A DNA stretch of 64,000 nt from a virus (IMGVR_UViG_3300028832_000001:100007-164006), one strand, 5' to 3'; positions 18,793 to 29,350 are shown, counted from the stretch's first letter. The notes: generated from the letters alone by a model not told the origin. Made by a program: numbers and translations.

Positions 18793-19923
18793 ATGGCAAA
18801 TAAATTACTTGCGAAGATGAAGAAGGATAAGGCTTTTGTAGATTTGTTAACTACAGAAAAGAAGCCGATTGAATGGTTAAGTACCAACTGTATCTCAGTA
18901 AACTTATTGCTTTCTGGTAAAATCAGAGGTGGTATTAAGAAAGGTTCAATCAGTATGATTGCAGCAGGTTCTGGCTGGGGTAAATCTATGATTGGTTATG
19001 CGGTTCTCAAGTCTGCTCAGGATTCTGGTATGAACTGCTTTATTATCGACACAGAAAACAGTGTCAACTATGAATTGCTTACAAAACTTGGTATTGATAT
19101 GAAGGAAGTCGGTGTTTTCGGTCCGACAAACCTTATTCCAGCAATTAAGCAATTTATTATTAAGCTGGCTGATGGTCAGACTTTGGAAGAAAGACGTAAT
19201 ACCTTTATTTTGTTTGACTCTTGGGGCCCACTTGTTACCCAACAGTCTGTTGATAAGGGTGCAGAAGGTAGTTCCGCTGCTGATATGGGTAGCACTCCAA
19301 GATTCAAGAACGAACTTGCTAACCATTTGCTCGGTGCTGGTTTTACTACTCTCGTTATGAACCACGTCTATGCTTCTCTCGAAATGTATGGTGATCCGTA
19401 TAAGATTCCAGGTGGTATGAGACTTATCTTTAATGCTGATTCCATTATGCTTGGTTCTAGTGCTAAGAAGGAAAAGGATAAGGAAAAGAACATTCTCGGT
19501 AAGATTATTACTGCAGGTGTTGCAAAGGGTCGTTCTGCTAAGGAATTCGTTAAGACACAATATCTTATCTTGCATGCTGGTGGTATTTCTCCATATTACG
19601 GTTTGCTTGATGAAGCCATGGAATCTGGTTGTGTCTTCAAGCCGAAGCCGGGATATTATGCTAGAACTGATTATGACGTCGATAAGGAAACTGGCGAAGT
19701 CACTAAGCAGTGGAGAGAAACAGAACTTTATTGCGCACAATTCTGGATTCCATTATACAAGGATGAAAAGTTCAGACATTATGTAGAAAATAAGTTCGCA
19801 TTCGAAGATCAGGTTCTTATTTCTTCTAACCAGGACGTCATGAAAATGCTCAATGGTGAACAGGAAATCGTTGATGATGCTCCAGAAATTATTGATTCTG
19901 AAGAGTATGAAGACGAAGAATAA
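18793..19923 (+). CDS. uvsX: UvsX-like RecA-family recombinase
   Basis: LSGKIRGGIKKGSISMIAAGSGWGKS parallels T4 UvsX ALSGEITGGMQSGLLILAGPSKSFKS. FILFDSWGPL parallels VVFIDSLGNL. The C-terminal block GYYARTDYDVDKETGEV...FWIPLYKD parallels T4 NGWYAREFLDEETGEM...FWGPLFKH. Confidence 0.85.
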   Translation: MANKLLAKMKKDKAFVDLLTTEKKPIEWLSTNCISVNLLLSGKIRGGIKKGSISMIAAGSGWGKSMIGYAVLKSAQDSGMNCFIIDTENSVNYELLTKLGIDMKEVGVFGPTNLIPAIKQFIIKLADGQTLEERRNTFILFDSWGPLVTQQSVDKGAEGSSAADMGSTPRFKNELANHLLGAGFTTLVMNHVYASLEMYGDPYKIPGGMRLIFNADSIMLGSSAKKEKDKEKNILGKIITAGVAKGRSAKEFVKTQYLILHAGGISPYYGLLDEAMESGCVFKPKPGYYARTDYDVDKETGEVTKQWRETELYCAQFWIPLYKDEKFRHYVENKFAFEDQVLISSNQDVMKMLNGEQEIVDDAPEIIDSEEYEDEE

Positions 19924-19945
19924 GAAAAAATCTAAATAAAAATTA

Positions 19946-19972
19946 AAGGTAACTGTCGCCAGTTACCTTTTT
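19946..19972 (+). terminator. terminator hairpin (aaaggtaactg-tcgc-cagttaccttt) fused to TTTTTCTATATTTG promoter-like element
   Basis: 11-bp inverted repeat then T-run. It is directly followed by the TATATT -10-like element that precedes the gp41-like gene. Confidence 0.5.
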
Positions 19973-20032
19973 TCTATATTTGCATAAAAATGATTACGAT
20001 TATCCTGGTATATATAAGGATAAAGGTAAAAA

Positions 20033-21412
20033 ATGACTGATATTGAATTTGAACAAATAATTATTAAGACAATTTATGCAAATCCTGAAGTTTCTGGTAA
20101 GATAATTCCAGAACTTGATACTGGTTGGTTCACAAATGTTGACCACAAATACATCGTTAATGCCATTTTGGAATATAATTCTAAGTTTTCTGCAGTTCCT
20201 AATGCGATTGAAGTTAAAAGACTTTTGTCTGATCAGAGAACAGTAGATGAATTCGAAAAGTGCATGTCTATTAACGATGCAGATGTTAATACACCATATA
20301 TTCTTGATGAAATTCAGAATTTCATTAGAAAACGTTTAGGTAGACAAGTATGTATGGATTATAACGAATATTGTTCTACAGGTAAGTCTAAAGGTAGTTT
20401 TGCTGATGAAATGGCTTATGCTGAAACATTTACGTTTGATACCAAGGTTGGTTTCTCATTCTTCGAAGAACCAGAAGTAATCTTTAATGACATTATTACT
20501 AATGAAAGATTATATCCTACTGGTTGTAGAGCAATCGATGAAATGATTGGTGGTGGTTTACATCCTAAGTCTATTTCTTTGATTATGGCTCCTACCAACG
20601 TTGGTAAAACTTTGTTTATGTGTTCTATCGCATCTGCATTATTACTTGCAGGTTTGAGAGTTCTTTATGTTTCATTCGAAGACTCTGAAGTTAAGATTGG
20701 TCAAAGAATCATGCAGAATTTGTTTGATATTAACCAAACAGAACTTAGAGCTTTGTCTAAGGATGCATATAAGAAGCTTTGGATGAAGAATACACAACAG
20801 ATTGGTCATAATAAGCTTGTTATTAAGGAATATTCAGAAGGTTGTATTAATGCACTTGCATTGAAGGCATTGATTAGAGAACTTAGAGACAAGCGTGGTT
20901 TCGTTCCTGATGTATTGATTGTTGACTATATCGGATGTATGATTCCTAATGGACGACCAAATGCAAATGAAAACGATAACTCCAAGTTAAGAGAAATTTG
21001 TGCTCAGGTTAGAAGTATTGGTATGGAAATGGATATTCCAGTTCTTTCTGCAGCACAGTCTAACAGAGGTGGTTATGGTAAGGGTGAAATTGGACTTGAT
21101 GATGCAGCTGACTCTTTCGGTCAGACAATGAAGGCAGACGTTATCTTTGGTGTTACTCAGTCTCCAGAACTTAAGGAAGGAAGTATGTATCTGGTTAAGC
21201 TTCTGAAGACCAGATATGGTCAACCAAAGTGTCCATTAGCTACGATTGGTGTCGATATTGGTAAACAGCGTATTTTTGACTTGAAGACATTTAATAATGC
21301 TGCAGTTCCAACACAAGGTGCCAATATATTTAATCAACCACAAGAGCAACAATCTGTTTCTGCTTCTAATATTGAAGTAACACAGAATAATTTAAACACT
21401 TTTGAATTTTAA
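20033..21412 (+). CDS. DnaB-family replicative helicase (T4 gp41-like)
   Basis: Walker A (IMAPTNVGKT) with LRVLYVSFEDS. LIVDYIGCM parallels T4 gp41 IIIVDYLGIC. Late motifs LSAAQSNRG and KLLKTRYG are present. 459 aa. Confidence 0.8.
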   Translation: MTDIEFEQIIIKTIYANPEVSGKIIPELDTGWFTNVDHKYIVNAILEYNSKFSAVPNAIEVKRLLSDQRTVDEFEKCMSINDADVNTPYILDEIQNFIRKRLGRQVCMDYNEYCSTGKSKGSFADEMAYAETFTFDTKVGFSFFEEPEVIFNDIITNERLYPTGCRAIDEMIGGGLHPKSISLIMAPTNVGKTLFMCSIASALLLAGLRVLYVSFEDSEVKIGQRIMQNLFDINQTELRALSKDAYKKLWMKNTQQIGHNKLVIKEYSEGCINALALKALIRELRDKRGFVPDVLIVDYIGCMIPNGRPNANENDNSKLREICAQVRSIGMEMDIPVLSAAQSNRGGYGKGEIGLDDAADSFGQTMKADVIFGVTQSPELKEGSMYLVKLLKTRYGQPKCPLATIGVDIGKQRIFDLKTFNNAAVPTQGANIFNQPQEQQSVSASNIEVTQNNLNTFEF

Positions 21413-21424
21413 TGAAGGTAACTT

Positions 21425-21805
21425 ATGATAAACGTATCAGACTTATCAGTAAATGAGGAAGTAACAGAATCTGAGAGCAAAGATTCTTTTTACAAGCGAC
21501 TTAAAGCCGCTGGTATAGACTTTGACGACATCGATTCTGATTCCAGATTACCTAAATATATGATTAAGGTAATCAAGAATGAACCCAAGGAATATAATAA
21601 GTTCAATAATGTTCTTTATAAGCTTAATAAGGATAAGATTGTTACTATTGTCGATTCTATGGCCTATTTGGTCGAGGATTGGTTTGAACCCAATATCTTG
21701 ATTAAGTGTTTAGACGAAATGAACTATTATTCCCTTATGAACGGGTTAAAAAAGAAGTATTTAGTAGATAGAAGTTCATCTGATTTAGAAAATTTCTTTG
21801 TCTAA
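21425..21805 (+). CDS. hypothetical protein (replication-module)
   Basis: 126-aa ORF between the helicase and the gp59-like ORF. Acidic N-terminus. Confidence 0.35.
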   Translation: MINVSDLSVNEEVTESESKDSFYKRLKAAGIDFDDIDSDSRLPKYMIKVIKNEPKEYNKFNNVLYKLNKDKIVTIVDSMAYLVEDWFEPNILIKCLDEMNYYSLMNGLKKKYLVDRSSSDLENFFV

Positions 21806-22439
21806 TATGGTTGATAAATATCAAATTTATATGCTGTATAAAACCGTTAAGAAAATGTGGAATGCAAAACGGTTTAATACAGCAGTTTTTAACGATTTTT
21901 TTGATGATACTTTAGAGAACTATCTAATTTCTCAGTATATACATGAAAGTCCTAGAGTAGAATATATGGCAAATTACGGAATTAAGCTCGTAAATGAGAT
22001 TAATTGCGGTTTAATTGATGTTGAACATTGGTTAATGTATGTCATGATGAAGTGTCTTTGTGACAAAAAATGTCCCGAAATGCCCGAAATAAATTCTATA
22101 AATAAATTAAAGGACAACATGATTTTCAAAAAACGTCCTATTATAGATTCTCAAATCAAGCTTATTCAGAGTTTAATTGCTGAGAAAGGTTCTGGTTTGA
22201 ATGAATTTATGGACACAAGATTCTCTTTGTATGATCTGGACGCGAATCAAGAAAATCAAGCCTACAAAATGTATAGTATAAGCCAGTTGGATCCTGAGTT
22301 TTACATCCAGGGTTTTAAGGCAGGGAAGTTTAAAATAGATATGGACAAGATTAAGAGTATTGATTACAAAAGATTTATAATGTTTACAAAGATGATATTA
22401 AAATTAAATCAAGAAATATCAGATAAAAATGTAAACTGA
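21798..22439 (+). CDS. possible gp59-like helicase loader
   Basis: 213 aa. It sits directly upstream of the gp32-like SSB, as gene 59 does in T4. The N-terminal KYQIYMLYKTVKKMWNAKRFN loosely resembles the T4 gp59 HMG-like N-terminus. Assignment is weak. Confidence 0.3.
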   Translation: MSNMVDKYQIYMLYKTVKKMWNAKRFNTAVFNDFFDDTLENYLISQYIHESPRVEYMANYGIKLVNEINCGLIDVEHWLMYVMMKCLCDKKCPEMPEINSINKLKDNMIFKKRPIIDSQIKLIQSLIAEKGSGLNEFMDTRFSLYDLDANQENQAYKMYSISQLDPEFYIQGFKAGKFKIDMDKIKSIDYKRFIMFTKMILKLNQEISDKNVN

Positions 22440-22521
22440 TAGAAACGTAAAATTATGTTTCTATATTTAGAGCGTCAATTGAATGGTCAATTGGGATAAA
22501 AACAAAAGGATAAAATAAATT

Positions 22522-23589
22522 ATGCCAATAAAGAGAAATAACTTGAACGCACTTTATAGTGCAATGGATAACCTTAACATCGGTAAGAAAGACAACAAGC
22601 AGAAGTCATACGAAATCGAAGGCTTATTTAAGCCAAAGATGGGTGCTGACGGTAAGTTTACTGTTGTTCTTAGATTCCTTCCAGCACACCCAGACGAGGA
22701 AATTCCTTGGGTAGAAAACCGTTCTCACATGTTCCAGCTTTCTAATGGTGCATGGTTCGGTTGTGACTGTGCTAAGAAGTGGAATGAACCATGTCCGATT
22801 TGTGATTATAACGCAAAGATTTGGAATAAGTATGGTAGAACCGATGAAGCTCGTTCCCGTGTAAAGGATAAGTGGAAGCCAAAGTTCTATTCTAACGTTT
22901 ATATCGTTAAGAATCCGAATGCTCCAGAAACAGAAGGTCGTGTTTATCGTCTTGAATATGGTCGTGCAATCATGAAGATGATTCAAGATGCAATGGCTGA
23001 TAAGGATGATGCCGAACTTGGTGTAATTCCAGGTATTAATCCGTTCTCCTGGTGGGGTCCGAACGATAAGGCAGTTCTTGCTGGTGATGATAAGGCTGGT
23101 GCAAACTTTGTTTGGGAAGGCGTTAAGGGTTCTAACGGTCCTAACTACTCTAGCTCTCACTTTAGCAATCCTCGTAGAATGTGCAAGCTTGGTCAGGATG
23201 GTAAGCTCGTCGAAATGACTGATGCAGAACTTGATGTCGTTGAATCTCAGCTCTTCACATTGAAGGATATTGAAAAGCAGAAGGATCAGCTCCGTTCTTA
23301 CGAAGACATTCTTAAGTTCTACAAGACCAAGAGTGGTGAAGATTTGTTTGCAGAATTTGAAGATGGAACTGATTATACTGCAACTGTCAATACAGGTAAG
23401 ACTGTAGAAGCTGATGATGACGATATGTTTGAATCAACTCCGAAGAAGACTGCAGAAGTTCCAATGGAAAAGGAAGTTCCTACTGAACCGCTTTTCGAAC
23501 CAGAATTTGAAGCAACAAAGCCAACAACTTCTAGTGTCGAAGCAGCGGAAGATGAAGAAGACTTCTTTGCAAGACTTGCAAATGGTTAA
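22522..23589 (+). CDS. ssDNA-binding protein (T4 gp32-like) with acidic C-terminal tail
   Basis: Three blocks parallel T4 gp32: GKFTVVLRFLPAH vs GQAVIRFLPSK; a Cys/His zinc site (CDCAKKWNEPCPICDY); and YIVKNPNAPETEGRVYRLEYG vs [22 protein letters not shown]. The C-terminus is acidic (EDEEDFFARL). Confidence 0.85.
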   Translation: MPIKRNNLNALYSAMDNLNIGKKDNKQKSYEIEGLFKPKMGADGKFTVVLRFLPAHPDEEIPWVENRSHMFQLSNGAWFGCDCAKKWNEPCPICDYNAKIWNKYGRTDEARSRVKDKWKPKFYSNVYIVKNPNAPETEGRVYRLEYGRAIMKMIQDAMADKDDAELGVIPGINPFSWWGPNDKAVLAGDDKAGANFVWEGVKGSNGPNYSSSHFSNPRRMCKLGQDGKLVEMTDAELDVVESQLFTLKDIEKQKDQLRSYEDILKFYKTKSGEDLFAEFEDGTDYTATVNTGKTVEADDDDMFESTPKKTAEVPMEKEVPTEPLFEPEFEATKPTTSSVEAAEDEEDFFARLANG

Positions 23590-23662
23590 ATTTTAGTTCT
23601 CCGAAATAAAAAATGTAAAACATAAGATGTAAAAGTCTTATGTTTTATTTTAGGATTTTATT

Positions 23663-23980
23663 ATGACAAAAAAGACAGAAACAAAAACAAAGAAAGTTGA
23701 TTTACAGAGAGCTAAGGATATTGCAGAAGTAATTGGAACACTTTCACAGTTTACACCAAGATTCGATACTGAAAATATTCCGCTCTTTTCAAGAAGATTT
23801 CTTCTCAAGAATTTACTTGGATTTACAGAAGAAGAATTAGAAGAAAATGACATTCTCATTAATGATGAATCTAATGCAATTCTTAAATCATTAGAATATA
23901 TGAGAAGTCCAGCAAATCAGGAAACTCCTGAAGTTGTAACAAAAACAAAAACTAAAAAACCAACAACAAAGGTAAATTAA
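23663..23980 (+). CDS. hypothetical basic protein
   Basis: 105 aa with Lys/Thr-rich termini. Lies downstream of a terminator hairpin. Confidence 0.35.
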   Translation: MTKKTETKTKKVDLQRAKDIAEVIGTLSQFTPRFDTENIPLFSRRFLLKNLLGFTEEELEENDILINDESNAILKSLEYMRSPANQETPEVVTKTKTKKPTTKVN

Positions 23981-23981
23981 A

Positions 23982-24734
23982 ATGATTGATACAAATAGCA
24001 TGTATGGTAATGTTCAAGAAGAACAGGATTCATTCGTTCAACTTCAGAAGCAACTTAAGCAGAAGGTTGAAGGTCAAAAGTTAACAGCAGAAGAAATTCA
24101 ACTTCCAGATTTCCCAAAGGAATATAATCCAGAAACTGCACTTCAGACTATGTTCAATATGCAGGAAGCACTTCAAAATATTCTTGCTGCAAAGCGTGGA
24201 ACTTTGGCTCCGACAAATAAGGAAGATAATTTCAAGAATGCAGTTCGTTCTGGTTATTTTATGATGTCCACTGTTACTGAGATTTGGGAATTCTTTGACC
24301 AACTCAAGAAGGATAATTATGAAATTACTGACCTTGTTAAGTATGAAATTATTGATGCTTGGCACTTCGTTATGAATCAGCTTCTTTATCTCAAGTATAA
24401 GCCAACATTTACACTTCCACAGCTTTACGATTTTGCTGTCGCTGATTTGAAGACTGGTACAATCGGTACTTCTGACCTTCATTATCTCGTCGGTGAATTC
24501 ATTGAAGCAGTTGGTGAACTTTATCAGAATTCGAGTTATAAGGATTGGAAGACTTATAAGGAATGGAAGGAAGATCCTCTTAAGATTAAGGAACTTGGCG
24601 ATACAATGTTGATTAAGTTCTTTAAGATTTTTGTAGCAATTAACCTTACACCTGATCAGATTTATCAGTTCTATTATAACAAGAACATCGAAAATGTCGA
24701 AAGACAGAAGGTCGGTGGAAGATACGAAAAGTAA
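23982..24734 (+). CDS. possible all-alpha NTP pyrophosphohydrolase (MazG / dimeric dUTPase / T4 dCTPase-like)
   Basis: Helical protein with an E...EIIDAWHF-type acidic motif. Weak assignment. 250 aa. Confidence 0.25.
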   Translation: MIDTNSMYGNVQEEQDSFVQLQKQLKQKVEGQKLTAEEIQLPDFPKEYNPETALQTMFNMQEALQNILAAKRGTLAPTNKEDNFKNAVRSGYFMMSTVTEIWEFFDQLKKDNYEITDLVKYEIIDAWHFVMNQLLYLKYKPTFTLPQLYDFAVADLKTGTIGTSDLHYLVGEFIEAVGELYQNSSYKDWKTYKEWKEDPLKIKELGDTMLIKFFKIFVAINLTPDQIYQFYYNKNIENVERQKVGGRYEK

Positions 24735-24756
24735 TTAAATTCTGACATTTTTATAA

Positions 24757-24795
24757 GAAGAGAAGATTTCATATCTTCTCTTTTTATTATAAATA
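24757..24795 (+). promoter_or_regulatory. terminator hairpin (aagagaagat-ttcat-atcttctctt) followed by repeated element TTTTTATTATAAATAATGTA containing TATAAATA
   Basis: The same 20-nt string recurs at 35151-35170 after another terminator hairpin. TATAAATA is at 24788-24795, only 4 nt before the ATG. Confidence 0.4.
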
Positions 24796-24799
24796 ATGT

Positions 24800-25948
24800 A
24801 TGGCAGTTAATGAAGATAAAAAATTATCAGATTATGAACTAAAGACTTTGAGAGAGCTTCAACAGTCTAGCAATACAGCATATGTTCCAGCATTTACTGA
24901 AACAGAAAACTATAAATTTGATTCTAAAGAATTAAATGGACAAGTTTTACAGGCTGGAACTAATGTAACTATTGATAATAATAACGTAATTCGTGCTACA
25001 GATACAAAATTAAAAAGTAGTGATAATATTTCTGTTACATCAGATAATAAATTAGTATATACTGGTCCTCAAGGAGAAGGAACAGATCTTGAAGAAGATA
25101 GTACAAATTTATCAATTGGAAGACAATCAGATGGTAAATATAAAGTAAATCTTAATCTTGGCTATGGTTCAGAAGTAGCACAAGTTCATAGCGGTGCAAC
25201 AACTTATAATTGTACTTCTACATTTTTTACTTCTTCAGATGGCGGTAAATCAATAAAAGGTAATTTTGCAGGATTTGTAAATAATGCCATAACATTTGGT
25301 AGAGACCCAAATGAAGGTAATGTTCCAAATAGTAACCTTAATCTTGTTATTAGTGAAGATATTTCTGTGCAATATTGGAATGGTGGTTCAACAGATAGAT
25401 GGATTTTAGCTACTCCAGATGATGTATTATCATTTAAAAAAGTAAATGGAACATATCCACCTTATGCAAGTCGTGTTCGTGGTGATTATTATTCTCAGCT
25501 TATTTTTAATATGCCAAATATTGCTGCATTAACTTTACATACATGGTGGCTTCAACATGTAACTCATAGAGAGAATATTTTTGTTCAAGTTAATATGGGT
25601 GAAAGAATGCATGCATTATATATTTTTAATGGTATTGGCGATGATAATGAAGGTGCAAATTTTTATTTCTATCATAATGGATTAGTATATAAAAAAGAAA
25701 ATGTAAGTAAAGGAACTTTTGTTAATATTGCTAATATAGTTAACTGGAAATTATATACTGATTTATCTGGGTATGGAATTGAAAATGGTGCAGGCAACTC
25801 AAGACTAGTTAATTCATTACCTTTTACAACAAACACTAGAGGTGATGGTCAGGATGAATGGCTGATTTGCACAGTTCAAAGATTTTATTGTATACATGAA
25901 ACAGTTAATAATAAACATAATTATTATTTTATTGAATCTATGTATTAA
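24800..25948 (+). CDS. tail fiber / receptor-binding protein paralog 1
   Basis: 382 aa. Shares an N-terminal module with the next two ORFs (NVTIDNNNVIRATDTKL...DNISVTSDNKLVYTG). The C-terminal domain is divergent. Confidence 0.5.
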   Translation: MAVNEDKKLSDYELKTLRELQQSSNTAYVPAFTETENYKFDSKELNGQVLQAGTNVTIDNNNVIRATDTKLKSSDNISVTSDNKLVYTGPQGEGTDLEEDSTNLSIGRQSDGKYKVNLNLGYGSEVAQVHSGATTYNCTSTFFTSSDGGKSIKGNFAGFVNNAITFGRDPNEGNVPNSNLNLVISEDISVQYWNGGSTDRWILATPDDVLSFKKVNGTYPPYASRVRGDYYSQLIFNMPNIAALTLHTWWLQHVTHRENIFVQVNMGERMHALYIFNGIGDDNEGANFYFYHNGLVYKKENVSKGTFVNIANIVNWKLYTDLSGYGIENGAGNSRLVNSLPFTTNTRGDGQDEWLICTVQRFYCIHETVNNKHNYYFIESMY

Positions 25949-25957
25949 TGAGGATTT

Positions 25958-27091
25958 ATGGGAAAAATTAAAAGAAAGAAATTGTCATCATTTGAAACTA
26001 AAACACTATCTGAATTAAAAGAAATGGATGATAGAGGTAATAGCGTTTATATCCCATATATTCAACCTATTGACAATAACTATAAGCATGAAATTTCAGA
26101 ATGTGCAGAAAAATTAACTGCTGGTGAAAATATTCAGATAACTAACGAAGGGAGAGTAAACGCTACTGACACCCGTTATGTTGCTGGCGATAATATTGAA
26201 ATTAGTTCTGATGGAAAAGTGTCTTATGTAGGTGATGCTCCACAAACATATGCAACAGGAAGAGGATTAAGATTAACAAATAATACTAATATTTTAGCAT
26301 TAAACCTAGAAACAGATGGTGGGTCAACGTTTACATCGCAATATGGTTCAAAATTATCGCCTGTTACATTTAAAAATAATTACACATTAGAATTAGCTGG
26401 AAATGCAATGGATTCACTTTTTGTTCAAGTTGCAGATAGTGATAGAACCGACGGTTATAAAGTAATATGTTTAGATAATGATGGAATTACATTAAGAACT
26501 TCTTTAACTGCTACTGATACTAAAAAATATTATTGCACAAATGGTACTACTCGTGCTTGGTATAAATCCGCACAACAACCGTCAGGATATACAAAAATAA
26601 GAACATCTGATTATACTCATTTTGCTATTGATGTAGGAAATATTGGTCTATTATCAATGTCTGCTTTATTTTTACAAAGTCATAATAATAGAGAAACAAT
26701 TATTAATATGTTAAATAGAACAAGTGATAAAGAACCTGATTTAATACTTGTAAATGATACGTCATATAAGGCTGATGCATTTATATATGAACAAGGTTTA
26801 TTATCAGGTGCTACTAATATAAGTTTAAATACATCATCTGCAAATTATGCAACTATTGCAAAATTTGAAAACTCACAAAATAAATGGGTATCGTCATTTA
26901 CTCCTAATTATTATATTAAGACTGATGGAACGACACGTGTTGCATTACCGCCATTTTGTGGAAATGTTTTATCAATGGTAAATGGTAGTACATATACTGG
27001 CTTATTTTCTACACTTAGATTTATTCCAGCTGTTTCACTAGATACAACAAATTCAAAAACAACTATATCAATGGTATCAATGGAGTATTAA
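25958..27091 (+). CDS. tail fiber / receptor-binding protein paralog 2
   Basis: 377 aa. The N-terminal ENIQITNEGRVNATDTRYVAGDNIEISSDGKVSYVG aligns with paralog 1. The C-terminus is divergent. Confidence 0.5.
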   Translation: MGKIKRKKLSSFETKTLSELKEMDDRGNSVYIPYIQPIDNNYKHEISECAEKLTAGENIQITNEGRVNATDTRYVAGDNIEISSDGKVSYVGDAPQTYATGRGLRLTNNTNILALNLETDGGSTFTSQYGSKLSPVTFKNNYTLELAGNAMDSLFVQVADSDRTDGYKVICLDNDGITLRTSLTATDTKKYYCTNGTTRAWYKSAQQPSGYTKIRTSDYTHFAIDVGNIGLLSMSALFLQSHNNRETIINMLNRTSDKEPDLILVNDTSYKADAFIYEQGLLSGATNISLNTSSANYATIAKFENSQNKWVSSFTPNYYIKTDGTTRVALPPFCGNVLSMVNGSTYTGLFSTLRFIPAVSLDTTNSKTTISMVSMEY

Positions 27092-27094
27092 ATT

Positions 27095-28633
27095 ATGGCA
27101 GGATGGAAACAAAATAATAAAAATGAATTAGTAAAATTAAATAGTTATAGTAAAACTGATACTACGGATGCCGAGATACCTGTTGTTATTCCAGATGCAG
27201 GTAAAAATGCAAGATTTAAAGTTACTGATTTAGCTCCTGTATATAAAGATGATGAAAATAATTGTCTTAAAATCGAAGATGGTGTTATTTCTAAAACAGA
27301 CACAACATATCAGTCAGGTGATGATGTTATAAAAGTTAATACTGTTGGTAATGAAAATATTATTAGTTGTGATGGTTTTGGTGGTAAAAAATATGTTGCA
27401 GGAACAGCAATCCAAGTAACTGAAACTACTAATACTACCACTAATAAAGCAACATTTTCAACGCTTAAATCCTCAGAAGATAAATTGATGGGTAATATCC
27501 AAACCTATCAAAAACATCAACCTACTTACAGAAAAAATAGTAAAACAGAATTTGCTGGTTTTGCCAATTTATATGGTGTTATTGGAGACCCATGGTGGTC
27601 AGAATCATCACCAAATTCATATACAACAATTGCTAGAATTTCTGGTGGCAGAATTCATTGTTATAATAGTCAAATACAAGAAAAAACATATTATATAAAT
27701 GGTGATACTTCATCAGATGGATTATATAAATTTAATCAATATGCAATACATATGGCACGTGTTGGTGGTATATATGTAGATTATGCTTTTTTAACAAATC
27801 ATTTTAATCGTGAATTATATATTTCAAGAACATATACTCAATTTGATGCTAATCAAGGATCAAATTATGGTTGTAAATTTTATATAACAGAAAATTCTGG
27901 AAGTACTCGTAGACTTAGAGTTATAATTTATTCATGCGGTTATATTTGTGAAGGTTATTCAACTTCAAGCAATCCAGAAATTTGTTTACAAGATATTTGT
28001 TATTGGAATTGGTCTAATGGCCAAAATGGAAATAGTTTTAATTATATATTAAGACCAATAGATTCTTCATATAAGTTAAGAGATTATGGTTATAATGCAG
28101 TTTCTGTTCCAATAGAAAATGATGGCGGTGGACATGCTTTTATTACTGGAGGGATATGGCAGCTTGATAAATATTATGATTCAAATAATATACCATGTAC
28201 AGTAATGAATGATACATGGACAGAATTTGACTATACATGGTCATATAGTCAAACTGTTGGTTGGCGGCCTCAAATAGTACCAGGAACAGGTGTATCATAT
28301 AGCGCGCCAAAAACTATAACACAATATTCTAATTTTTATAAAACAGCAGATCCTCGTTATAATTATTGGCAAACAGCAAATAAAATTAGAACAAAATATT
28401 GTTATAATACAGATGTTGCAACAATAATGACCCTATCTCCTGATAATGCAAATTATGGTAAATATTCAACAATTTTACATGAAGGTGAAGTTCATAGAAA
28501 TTTTAATGAAGTATGTCCAATCTCATATGATGAATATTTTTCTAGTTTTAAATTTATGGTTAATGGATATGGCGTAACAACAGTAAATGGTAAAGATTAT
28601 GATACTGTTTATTTAGTTGATATGAGAAACTAA
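27095..28633 (+). CDS. tail fiber / receptor-binding protein paralog 3
   Basis: 512 aa. CLKIEDGVISKTDTTYQSGDDVIKVNTVGNENIISCDG aligns with paralogs 1 and 2. The large C-terminal domain is Trp/Tyr-rich and divergent. Confidence 0.5.
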   Translation: MAGWKQNNKNELVKLNSYSKTDTTDAEIPVVIPDAGKNARFKVTDLAPVYKDDENNCLKIEDGVISKTDTTYQSGDDVIKVNTVGNENIISCDGFGGKKYVAGTAIQVTETTNTTTNKATFSTLKSSEDKLMGNIQTYQKHQPTYRKNSKTEFAGFANLYGVIGDPWWSESSPNSYTTIARISGGRIHCYNSQIQEKTYYINGDTSSDGLYKFNQYAIHMARVGGIYVDYAFLTNHFNRELYISRTYTQFDANQGSNYGCKFYITENSGSTRRLRVIIYSCGYICEGYSTSSNPEICLQDICYWNWSNGQNGNSFNYILRPIDSSYKLRDYGYNAVSVPIENDGGGHAFITGGIWQLDKYYDSNNIPCTVMNDTWTEFDYTWSYSQTVGWRPQIVPGTGVSYSAPKTITQYSNFYKTADPRYNYWQTANKIRTKYCYNTDVATIMTLSPDNANYGKYSTILHEGEVHRNFNEVCPISYDEYFSSFKFMVNGYGVTTVNGKDYDTVYLVDMRN

Positions 28634-29313
28634 TGAATATAGTAGTAATTAATAAAAATCAAGAAGATAAAATTAATTTAATTGAAGACAAGATACATGA
28701 GTTTAATCATGTATTTTGTTTTGATAGATATAAACCAGATACAACAGTTCCAGCTGTTTATAATACAGAAGGAACTGGATTCTTGGCAGGTAAATGTAGA
28801 GACATCGGTGCAGCATATTTTGACTATAAAGGAGATTTCTTATTTCTTGATGGCGATAAAGTTCCAGAAGGCGATTTGAATATTATTCCTGAAATCGGTG
28901 CTGCCTGTGTTTTACTCGGTGTTGGTAAAAATGATCATCGTCAATTTATGCAGCAAGAAAATATAACGAAAGAATATAATTGGGATGAAGGTTTCGATTG
29001 TAAAAATCCGTTAAATTTTGTATATAGTTGTGGTATTTATCTTTCTCAGAAAGCAGTAGACTTAATGAGGAAAATAAACGGCGGTAGGATATTTCATCCT
29101 TGTTTTGATGGAACTTGGGGTGATGAAGACCGTTGGATTGGTGATGTTTTAGGTTTTTATAAAATTCCGATTTTTTATACTACAAAGGTAACACTGTCTG
29201 GACATATTACTTCTACTAGAGATGACCCGATGTCAGAAAAAGCACAGAATTTACACATAAACATGATAAAACGAATTCATTTGAGACAGGAAAAGTTGGG
29301 ATTACAGTTCTAA
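28633..29313 (+). CDS. hypothetical protein (possible small GT-A-like transferase or fiber accessory protein)
   Basis: 226 aa. FLFLDGD (DxD-like). Start overlaps the upstream stop. Confidence 0.25.
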   Translation: MNIVVINKNQEDKINLIEDKIHEFNHVFCFDRYKPDTTVPAVYNTEGTGFLAGKCRDIGAAYFDYKGDFLFLDGDKVPEGDLNIIPEIGAACVLLGVGKNDHRQFMQQENITKEYNWDEGFDCKNPLNFVYSCGIYLSQKAVDLMRKINGGRIFHPCFDGTWGDEDRWIGDVLGFYKIPIFYTTKVTLSGHITSTRDDPMSEKAQNLHINMIKRIHLRQEKLGLQF

Positions 29314-29318
29314 TTTTT

Positions 29319-29326
29319 TATAAATA
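29319..29326 (+). promoter_or_regulatory. T4-late-type TATAAATA motif, 24 nt upstream of the ATG with SD AAGGAG
   Basis: Exact TATAAATA, with canonical late-promoter-to-start spacing. Confidence 0.4.
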
Positions 29327-29350
29327 ATATAAAATTATTAAGGAGAAAAC

